A DNA stretch of 7,776 bases from NCBI GenBank assembly GCA_000004985.1, contig GG739108.1, one strand, 5' to 3'. Shown here in pieces: positions 1-7,244 of this stretch. Made by a program: the position numbers and the translations under genes. This DNA comes from Naegleria gruberi. Taxonomy: Eukaryota. The notes under the pieces are model-generated. The model worked only from the letters and a program-made list of their open reading frames with translations, did no database searches and had not been told where the DNA came from. Numbering within the stretch: position 1 is the stretch's first letter; each line of letters starts with the position of its first letter.

Positions 1-589
1 AAATTGATTTAATAAAATCTTGACTAATTATAACACTTATTACTTTATTTGTATTTAAATCTATTAATAAATGACACATTTCTTCTTTAATTGATTTTTC
101 AACTAGTATTTTAATATAATTATTTAAATCTTGTTTTTTTATATTTTTATTAATAATTGGTTCATAATTTAAATAATTTAAACAAATAAATTCAATTACC
201 ATTTCAATATTATCATCTTTTAATAATTTAATTTTATAATTATTATTATTTATATTAATTATTGTTTCATTGAGTGTTGTAGTGTAATTATTTAAATTAT
301 TATTATTATTATTATTAGTATTAGTAATATTTATTAATTCTTCTTGTTGTTGTTGTTGTTGTAATGATGATGATGATGAATTAATAAACGGAGTATTATT
401 ATTATTATTATTATTAATAATAGATGATGATAATTGTTTTAATGATTGATGATATCTATTATTATTATGTAATGTTAATTTAAACAAATTAAATGAGTTA
501 CTACTACTATTATAAGAATGATGACATTTATTTAATAGTAATGATGATGTAGATGATACTAATAACAATCTATTACAACAAGACTTCAT
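1..589 (-). CDS. Partial CDS for a hypothetical Asn/Gln/Ser-rich low-complexity protein. The N-terminal ~196 codons are present; the 3' end lies beyond the window start.
   Basis: I translated the minus strand by hand. The ATG is at 589-587 (plus-strand cat) and is directly preceded by A9 on the minus strand (plus T9 at 590-598), a typical Dictyostelium-type start context. The frame has no stop down to position 1. It begins MKSCCNRLLLVSSTSSLLLNKCHHSYNSSSNSFNLF and contains an N7 run, an S5 run, a Q6 run, a second N7 run, and the more complex stretch EMVIEFICLNYLNYEPIINKNIKKQDLNNYIKILVEKSIKEEMCHLLIDLNTNKVISVIISQDFIKSI. The supplied ORF track omits it, presumably because no stop codon falls inside the window. 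Confidence 0.5.
   Translation of the reverse strand, partial: MKSCCNRLLLVSSTSSLLLNKCHHSYNSSSNSFNLFKLTLHNNNRYHQSLKQLSSSIINNNNNNNTPFINSSSSSLQQQQQQEELINITNTNNNNNNNLNNYTTTLNETIININNNNYKIKLLKDDNIEMVIEFICLNYLNYEPIINKNIKKQDLNNYIKILVEKSIKEEMCHLLIDLNTNKVISVIISQDFIKSI
297..418 (-). repeat. Cluster of trinucleotide coding microsatellites inside the 1..589 CDS: (TTA/TAT)n at 297-317, (TTG)6 at 344-361, (ATG)5 at 364-378 and (TAT)n at 394-418.
   Basis: The repeats are read directly from the sequence. On the minus strand they are (AAT)n, (CAA)6, (TCA)5 and (AAT)n, encoding the N-runs, the Q6 run and the S5 run of the protein. Confidence 0.85.
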
Positions 590-719
590 TTTTTTTTTAA
601 AAAACAAAACAATTTTATTAAATCTTTTAATATCTATAATATAAACATTACAACAATCATGATTTAATACATTATCATTTAATACATAATCTAATAAATA
701 TCTTTTAAATTATAAAATA
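590..719 (-). promoter_or_regulatory. 130-bp AT-rich intergenic spacer between two tandem minus-strand genes. It should hold the 3' UTR and poly(A) signal of the upstream gene and the core promoter and 5' UTR of the downstream gene.
   Basis: The stop of the 720..1523 ORF is at 722-720 and the next ATG is at 589-587. The minus-strand AATAAA (plus tttatt at 614-619) lies only ~25 nt upstream of that ATG. TATA-like tatattatagatatt is present on the minus strand, and an A9 run abuts the ATG. Confidence 0.3.
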
Positions 720-1355
720 TTAAAAATCATTAATTAAATTTGTAGAACCAGTAGGTAAAATTAAATTTTTATATTTTAATTTAATTAAATGACAAGTATC
801 ATTTAATAAATTTTTATCAGATTGTAAAGAATTATTTAAATATTTAATTGATTCTAAATTATCATTTGCTCTTTTAACTAATGAACCTAATAAAGAATAT
901 TGTAAATCAATTTTTAATTCATATCTAAATTGTTCCCATTCTAATGGAAATCTATTATCAATTTTATCAACTTTAATTTTTAAATCTGAAAATTGTTTTT
1001 TTAATTTTTGTAAATGTTCTATATTTGTATTTGTATTATTTTGTGCTTTATTTAAATCATTTTCATATACATATAATGTTGTATGATATTCTTTTGATAA
1101 ATCTAAAAATTTTAATAAATTTGGTAATAAATATTTTGTATATAATAATAAATATTGTTCATATTGTGTTGTTGATTCTTGTTGACTATTAACACTTGAT
1201 AATTTCATTGTTAAATCTCCAATTGAATGAAATAAATTATGTAATGTACTACTTGTATTATTATTATTAGAATTATTAATAGAATTATTTCCATTATTAG
1301 TATTTCCATTATTAGAAGTATTATTAGAATTATTATTAGAATTATTTCCATTATT

Positions 1356-1399
<44 letters not shown>

Positions 1400-1523
1400 T
1401 CATATCAATAATATTATTATTTGCTTCAAAATTACCATAAACTTTAAATGCTCTACCAATTGAATCAAATTCAGTTAAAAAAGCTTCTTGATATTTTTTT
1501 AATTGAATTGAATTATTTAACAT
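720..1523 (-). CDS. Hypothetical 267-aa Asn-rich protein. An N-terminal helical segment (LKKYQEAFLTEFDSIGRAFKVYGNFEA) is followed by a ~70-residue poly-N/G/S/T low-complexity region and a C-terminal predicted coiled-coil/helical region. The true start may lie in the gap.
   Basis: The ORF is in the supplied track. The frame remains open for a further 10 codons upstream of the listed Met (FNQISKQLKT-M) to the edge of the N-run at 1553, so the 5' end is not established. Third codon positions are strongly A/T, as expected for coding sequence in this genome type. I do not recognise the family. The C-terminal part (YEQYLLLYTKYLLPNLLKFLDLSKEY ... FPLEWEQFRYELKIDLQYSLLGSLVKRANDNLESIKYL) looks like an amphipathic helical or coiled-coil domain. 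Confidence 0.6.
1282..1397 (-). repeat. Coding repeat region: a perfect 23-nt direct repeat gaattatttccattattagtatt at 1282-1304 and 1339-1361, with a partial third copy at 1301-1315, followed by a (TAT)13 microsatellite at 1358-1397 that is (AAT)n on the coding strand.
   Basis: Read directly from the sequence. It encodes the N15 homopolymer and the repeated TNNGNNS peptide units of the 720..1523 protein. Confidence 0.85.
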
Positions 1524-1553
1524 TGTTTTTAATTGTTTTGATATTTGATTAAA

Positions 1554-4500
1554 NNNNNNNNNNNNNNNNNNNNNNNNNNNNNNNNNNNNNNNNNNNNNNN
1601 NNNNNNNNNNNNNNNNNNNNNNNNNNNNNNNNNNNNNNNNNNNNNNNNNNNNNNNNNNNNNNNNNNNNNNNNNNNNNNNNNNNNNNNNNNNNNNNNNNNN
1701 NNNNNNNNNNNNNNNNNNNNNNNNNNNNNNNNNNNNNNNNNNNNNNNNNNNNNNNNNNNNNNNNNNNNNNNNNNNNNNNNNNNNNNNNNNNNNNNNNNNN
1801 NNNNNNNNNNNNNNNNNNNNNNNNNNNNNNNNNNNNNNNNNNNNNNNNNNNNNNNNNNNNNNNNNNNNNNNNNNNNNNNNNNNNNNNNNNNNNNNNNNNN
1901 NNNNNNNNNNNNNNNNNNNNNNNNNNNNNNNNNNNNNNNNNNNNNNNNNNNNNNNNNNNNNNNNNNNNNNNNNNNNNNNNNNNNNNNNNNNNNNNNNNNN
2001 NNNNNNNNNNNNNNNNNNNNNNNNNNNNNNNNNNNNNNNNNNNNNNNNNNNNNNNNNNNNNNNNNNNNNNNNNNNNNNNNNNNNNNNNNNNNNNNNNNNN
2101 NNNNNNNNNNNNNNNNNNNNNNNNNNNNNNNNNNNNNNNNNNNNNNNNNNNNNNNNNNNNNNNNNNNNNNNNNNNNNNNNNNNNNNNNNNNNNNNNNNNN
2201 NNNNNNNNNNNNNNNNNNNNNNNNNNNNNNNNNNNNNNNNNNNNNNNNNNNNNNNNNNNNNNNNNNNNNNNNNNNNNNNNNNNNNNNNNNNNNNNNNNNN
2301 NNNNNNNNNNNNNNNNNNNNNNNNNNNNNNNNNNNNNNNNNNNNNNNNNNNNNNNNNNNNNNNNNNNNNNNNNNNNNNNNNNNNNNNNNNNNNNNNNNNN
2401 NNNNNNNNNNNNNNNNNNNNNNNNNNNNNNNNNNNNNNNNNNNNNNNNNNNNNNNNNNNNNNNNNNNNNNNNNNNNNNNNNNNNNNNNNNNNNNNNNNNN
2501 NNNNNNNNNNNNNNNNNNNNNNNNNNNNNNNNNNNNNNNNNNNNNNNNNNNNNNNNNNNNNNNNNNNNNNNNNNNNNNNNNNNNNNNNNNNNNNNNNNNN
2601 NNNNNNNNNNNNNNNNNNNNNNNNNNNNNNNNNNNNNNNNNNNNNNNNNNNNNNNNNNNNNNNNNNNNNNNNNNNNNNNNNNNNNNNNNNNNNNNNNNNN
2701 NNNNNNNNNNNNNNNNNNNNNNNNNNNNNNNNNNNNNNNNNNNNNNNNNNNNNNNNNNNNNNNNNNNNNNNNNNNNNNNNNNNNNNNNNNNNNNNNNNNN
2801 NNNNNNNNNNNNNNNNNNNNNNNNNNNNNNNNNNNNNNNNNNNNNNNNNNNNNNNNNNNNNNNNNNNNNNNNNNNNNNNNNNNNNNNNNNNNNNNNNNNN
2901 NNNNNNNNNNNNNNNNNNNNNNNNNNNNNNNNNNNNNNNNNNNNNNNNNNNNNNNNNNNNNNNNNNNNNNNNNNNNNNNNNNNNNNNNNNNNNNNNNNNN
3001 NNNNNNNNNNNNNNNNNNNNNNNNNNNNNNNNNNNNNNNNNNNNNNNNNNNNNNNNNNNNNNNNNNNNNNNNNNNNNNNNNNNNNNNNNNNNNNNNNNNN
3101 NNNNNNNNNNNNNNNNNNNNNNNNNNNNNNNNNNNNNNNNNNNNNNNNNNNNNNNNNNNNNNNNNNNNNNNNNNNNNNNNNNNNNNNNNNNNNNNNNNNN
3201 NNNNNNNNNNNNNNNNNNNNNNNNNNNNNNNNNNNNNNNNNNNNNNNNNNNNNNNNNNNNNNNNNNNNNNNNNNNNNNNNNNNNNNNNNNNNNNNNNNNN
3301 NNNNNNNNNNNNNNNNNNNNNNNNNNNNNNNNNNNNNNNNNNNNNNNNNNNNNNNNNNNNNNNNNNNNNNNNNNNNNNNNNNNNNNNNNNNNNNNNNNNN
3401 NNNNNNNNNNNNNNNNNNNNNNNNNNNNNNNNNNNNNNNNNNNNNNNNNNNNNNNNNNNNNNNNNNNNNNNNNNNNNNNNNNNNNNNNNNNNNNNNNNNN
3501 NNNNNNNNNNNNNNNNNNNNNNNNNNNNNNNNNNNNNNNNNNNNNNNNNNNNNNNNNNNNNNNNNNNNNNNNNNNNNNNNNNNNNNNNNNNNNNNNNNNN
3601 NNNNNNNNNNNNNNNNNNNNNNNNNNNNNNNNNNNNNNNNNNNNNNNNNNNNNNNNNNNNNNNNNNNNNNNNNNNNNNNNNNNNNNNNNNNNNNNNNNNN
3701 NNNNNNNNNNNNNNNNNNNNNNNNNNNNNNNNNNNNNNNNNNNNNNNNNNNNNNNNNNNNNNNNNNNNNNNNNNNNNNNNNNNNNNNNNNNNNNNNNNNN
3801 NNNNNNNNNNNNNNNNNNNNNNNNNNNNNNNNNNNNNNNNNNNNNNNNNNNNNNNNNNNNNNNNNNNNNNNNNNNNNNNNNNNNNNNNNNNNNNNNNNNN
3901 NNNNNNNNNNNNNNNNNNNNNNNNNNNNNNNNNNNNNNNNNNNNNNNNNNNNNNNNNNNNNNNNNNNNNNNNNNNNNNNNNNNNNNNNNNNNNNNNNNNN
4001 NNNNNNNNNNNNNNNNNNNNNNNNNNNNNNNNNNNNNNNNNNNNNNNNNNNNNNNNNNNNNNNNNNNNNNNNNNNNNNNNNNNNNNNNNNNNNNNNNNNN
4101 NNNNNNNNNNNNNNNNNNNNNNNNNNNNNNNNNNNNNNNNNNNNNNNNNNNNNNNNNNNNNNNNNNNNNNNNNNNNNNNNNNNNNNNNNNNNNNNNNNNN
4201 NNNNNNNNNNNNNNNNNNNNNNNNNNNNNNNNNNNNNNNNNNNNNNNNNNNNNNNNNNNNNNNNNNNNNNNNNNNNNNNNNNNNNNNNNNNNNNNNNNNN
4301 NNNNNNNNNNNNNNNNNNNNNNNNNNNNNNNNNNNNNNNNNNNNNNNNNNNNNNNNNNNNNNNNNNNNNNNNNNNNNNNNNNNNNNNNNNNNNNNNNNNN
4401 NNNNNNNNNNNNNNNNNNNNNNNNNNNNNNNNNNNNNNNNNNNNNNNNNNNNNNNNNNNNNNNNNNNNNNNNNNNNNNNNNNNNNNNNNNNNNNNNNNNN

Positions 4501-6389
4501 NNNNNNNNNNNNNNNNNNNNNNNNNNNNNNNNNNNNNNNNNNNNNNNNNNNNNNNNNNNNNNNNNNNNNNNNNNNNNNNNNNNNNNNNNNNNNNNNNNNN
4601 NNNNNNNNNNNNNNNNNNNNNNNNNNNNNNNNNNNNNNNNNNNNNNNNNNNNNNNNNNNNNNNNNNNNNNNNNNNNNNNNNNNNNNNNNNNNNNNNNNNN
4701 NNNNNNNNNNNNNNNNNNNNNNNNNNNNNNNNNNNNNNNNNNNNNNNNNNNNNNNNNNNNNNNNNNNNNNNNNNNNNNNNNNNNNNNNNNNNNNNNNNNN
4801 NNNNNNNNNNNNNNNNNNNNNNNNNNNNNNNNNNNNNNNNNNNNNNNNNNNNNNNNNNNNNNNNNNNNNNNNNNNNNNNNNNNNNNNNNNNNNNNNNNNN
4901 NNNNNNNNNNNNNNNNNNNNNNNNNNNNNNNNNNNNNNNNNNNNNNNNNNNNNNNNNNNNNNNNNNNNNNNNNNNNNNNNNNNNNNNNNNNNNNNNNNNN
5001 NNNNNNNNNNNNNNNNNNNNNNNNNNNNNNNNNNNNNNNNNNNNNNNNNNNNNNNNNNNNNNNNNNNNNNNNNNNNNNNNNNNNNNNNNNNNNNNNNNNN
5101 NNNNNNNNNNNNNNNNNNNNNNNNNNNNNNNNNNNNNNNNNNNNNNNNNNNNNNNNNNNNNNNNNNNNNNNNNNNNNNNNNNNNNNNNNNNNNNNNNNNN
5201 NNNNNNNNNNNNNNNNNNNNNNNNNNNNNNNNNNNNNNNNNNNNNNNNNNNNNNNNNNNNNNNNNNNNNNNNNNNNNNNNNNNNNNNNNNNNNNNNNNNN
5301 NNNNNNNNNNNNNNNNNNNNNNNNNNNNNNNNNNNNNNNNNNNNNNNNNNNNNNNNNNNNNNNNNNNNNNNNNNNNNNNNNNNNNNNNNNNNNNNNNNNN
5401 NNNNNNNNNNNNNNNNNNNNNNNNNNNNNNNNNNNNNNNNNNNNNNNNNNNNNNNNNNNNNNNNNNNNNNNNNNNNNNNNNNNNNNNNNNNNNNNNNNNN
5501 NNNNNNNNNNNNNNNNNNNNNNNNNNNNNNNNNNNNNNNNNNNNNNNNNNNNNNNNNNNNNNNNNNNNNNNNNNNNNNNNNNNNNNNNNNNNNNNNNNNN
5601 NNNNNNNNNNNNNNNNNNNNNNNNNNNNNNNNNNNNNNNNNNNNNNNNNNNNNNNNNNNNNNNNNNNNNNNNNNNNNNNNNNNNNNNNNNNNNNNNNNNN
5701 NNNNNNNNNNNNNNNNNNNNNNNNNNNNNNNNNNNNNNNNNNNNNNNNNNNNNNNNNNNNNNNNNNNNNNNNNNNNNNNNNNNNNNNNNNNNNNNNNNNN
5801 NNNNNNNNNNNNNNNNNNNNNNNNNNNNNNNNNNNNNNNNNNNNNNNNNNNNNNNNNNNNNNNNNNNNNNNNNNNNNNNNNNNNNNNNNNNNNNNNNNNN
5901 NNNNNNNNNNNNNNNNNNNNNNNNNNNNNNNNNNNNNNNNNNNNNNNNNNNNNNNNNNNNNNNNNNNNNNNNNNNNNNNNNNNNNNNNNNNNNNNNNNNN
6001 NNNNNNNNNNNNNNNNNNNNNNNNNNNNNNNNNNNNNNNNNNNNNNNNNNNNNNNNNNNNNNNNNNNNNNNNNNNNNNNNNNNNNNNNNNNNNNNNNNNN
6101 NNNNNNNNNNNNNNNNNNNNNNNNNNNNNNNNNNNNNNNNNNNNNNNNNNNNNNNNNNNNNNNNNNNNNNNNNNNNNNNNNNNNNNNNNNNNNNNNNNNN
6201 NNNNNNNNNNNNNNNNNNNNNNNNNNNNNNNNNNNNNNNNNNNNNNNNNNNNNNNNNNNNNNNNNNNNNNNNNNNNNNNNNNNNNNNNNNNNNNNNNNNN
6301 NNNNNNNNNNNNNNNNNNNNNNNNNNNNNNNNNNNNNNNNNNNNNNNNNNNNNNNNNNNNNNNNNNNNNNNNNNNNNNNNNNNNNNNNN
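1554..6389. other. Unresolved sequence: an assembly gap or masked region of 4,836 consecutive N.
   Basis: Contiguous n characters. The non-round length suggests a size-estimated scaffold gap or a deliberately masked interval. The 1774-aa + ORF 1545..6869 in the track is an artefact of translating N as X; only its last 159 codons are real. Confidence 0.99.
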
Positions 6390-6869
6390 TTATATCAATT
6401 TGGTATTACAGTTTCAATTTGTTTCTTTACTGAAACATGGAAACCAGATTCATTCTATGATAAAGTTAAAAAGAATAGAGAAAATGGACTTCATACTTTA
6501 TGTTTATTAGATATTAAAGTTAAAGAACCAACAGAAGAAACTTTAATTAGACCTTCTTTAAAGAAATATATGCCACCTCGTTTTATGACTGTTAATCAAG
6601 CTATTGATGAATTATTAGAAATTGAAGAATTGAGAAAGGAAAATGTTTACAATGAAAATACAATGTGTGTTGGTTTGGCACGTGTTGGTGCTAAAGATCA
6701 ACAAGTTGTTTATGGTTCTTTAAAGGAATTGAGAGAATTAGATTGGGGTGAACCTTTACATTCACTTGTTATGTGTGCTCCTGAAAAGGATATTCACTTT
6801 TTAGAACAAGAACATTTGGAATATTTTTCTGTTAAAAAGTTTTTACAAGAAAAGAATAAACAACAATAA
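6390..6869 (+). CDS. dph5: Diphthine synthase (diphthine methyl ester synthase, DPH5; class III SAM-dependent tetrapyrrole-methylase-fold enzyme of the EF-2 diphthamide pathway). Only the C-terminal 159 codons plus the stop are present; the gene is 5'-truncated by the gap.
   Basis: The translation is LYQFGITVSICFFTETWKPDSFYDKVKKNRENGLHTLCLLDIKVKEPTEETLIRPSLKKYMPPRFMTVNQAIDELLEIEE...CVGLARVGAKDQQVVYGSLKELRELDWGEPLHSLVMCAPE...*. From memory it matches the conserved C-terminal half of eukaryotic DPH5 (human and yeast). The matching blocks are LYxFGETVSIxFWTDTWRPESFFDKVKxNRxNGMHTLCLLDIKVKE, PPRYMSVNQA, CVGLARVG and GEPLHSL. The first resolved base, 6390, is in codon phase with this frame. The stop TAA is at 6867-6869. 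Confidence 0.85.
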   Translation, partial: LYQFGITVSICFFTETWKPDSFYDKVKKNRENGLHTLCLLDIKVKEPTEETLIRPSLKKYMPPRFMTVNQAIDELLEIEELRKENVYNENTMCVGLARVGAKDQQVVYGSLKELRELDWGEPLHSLVMCAPEKDIHFLEQEHLEYFSVKKFLQEKNKQQ

Positions 6870-6946
6870 TTATTGAGGTTTTGTTTATATAAATAATAAT
6901 TATTTAATATATTTTACTAAGTAAAAATAATTGTTTAAATCTCTAA

Positions 6947-7053
6947 AGAGAGGTAATGAATGATATTAATAGAAATGGTGCTGCACAGAATCAGCTGGAG
7001 GTATAAAAGTTATATACTATTATTTTAAATTTACAGTCAGGCTGTACCTCTCT
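6947..7053. repeat. Perfect 9-bp inverted repeat, AGAGAGGTA at 6947-6955 and TACCTCTCT at 7045-7053, bracketing an 89-nt GC-enriched segment in the DPH5 downstream spacer. It could be the closing stem of a structured RNA or DNA element.
   Basis: Seen directly in the sequence. The enclosed segment has roughly 30-38% G+C, against far lower G+C in typical intergenic DNA of this genome type. An inner hairpin GCTG-cacagaat-CAGC and the CAGCTG palindrome lie at ~6980-6997. Confidence 0.4.
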
Positions 7054-7058
7054 AAAAC

Positions 7059-7086
7059 TTATAATTAAGGAAGAGCTGTTTTTTTT
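7059..7086 (+). promoter_or_regulatory. Candidate core promoter for the downstream + strand gene: a TATA-like box TTATAATTAA (7059-7068) followed ~10 nt later by an oligo(dT) run T8 (7079-7086).
   Basis: A TATA box followed by a short T-run just upstream of the transcription start is the characteristic Dictyostelium core promoter layout (established knowledge). The first candidate ATGs downstream are at 7099 and 7143. Confidence 0.3.
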
Positions 7087-7142
7087 ACCGCCAAAATTAT
7101 GAACCAAGCCTTTTATTCAATTTTAACAGCCTTTAAAAAAAC

Positions 7143-7244
7143 ATGCAAAATCAACCACCTCCACCACCCAACAATAGTGCAAACAACTCAAGCCTGGGTG
7201 GTTCCGTTCCACAGTATCATAACTTTCAACCACAACAACAATGA
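7143..7244 (+). CDS. Short 33-codon ORF (MQNQPPPPPNNSANNSSLGGSVPQYHNFQPQQQ*) with coding-like codon bias. It is probably the true 5' end of the 7241-7774 gene displaced by a frameshift, and alternatively a uORF.
   Basis: Third codon positions are ~72% A/T in this frame and ~39% in the +1 frame. The remaining frame hits a stop within 11 codons. The ORF overlaps the downstream frame, which is open from 7223, by 22 nt. Its Q/N/P-rich composition matches the downstream protein. Confidence 0.3.
   Translation: MQNQPPPPPNNSANNSSLGGSVPQYHNFQPQQQ

Noticed and set aside
590-722. The possibility that 590-719 is an intron joining the two minus-strand ORFs into one gene
   Set aside because: The upstream ORF ends in an in-frame TAA with no GTAAGT donor before it. 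The downstream ORF has its own A9-ATG start context, and an AATAAA lies in the spacer.
297-1397. The possibility that the periodic repeats are a CRISPR-like array or a mobile element
   Set aside because: They are trinucleotide codon microsatellites (AAT, CAA, TCA) inside eukaryotic ORFs. There are no spacer-repeat units, terminal inverted repeats or transposase.
1545-6869. The 1774-aa + strand ORF in the supplied track
   Set aside because: It is produced by translating the 4,836-nt N-run as X from a TTG pseudo-start. Only 6390-6869 is real coding sequence.
7001-7036. A mini-gene with a 36-nt intron (exon 6956-7000, GTATAA...TTTACAG intron, second exon to the TGA at 7098-7100)
   Set aside because: The intron would be far shorter than known dictyostelid introns, the donor is not the GTAAGT consensus, and the product would be only 36 aa.
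7027-7040. A Class I RNA-like motif; TTTACAGTCAGG shares TTACAG with the CCTTACAGCAA element as I remember it
   Set aside because: Only a 6-nt match. I found no upstream DUSE-like CCCA(C/T)AA element at the expected distance and no 5'/3' terminal stem of the Class I type.
6947-7053. A box C/D snoRNA bracketed by the inverted repeat
   Set aside because: ATGAATGATAT next to the 5' stem resembles box C only loosely (AUGAUAU against RUGAUGA). There is no CUGA box D before the 3' stem; the sequence there is GGCUGUA. It is kept only as a generic structured-RNA candidate.
7199-7209. A tRNA T-arm-like motif, GGTTCCGTTCC
   Set aside because: It mismatches the GGTTCGAATCC consensus in the loop. No acceptor stem, D-arm or anticodon arm can be built around it, and it lies inside a coding-like frame.
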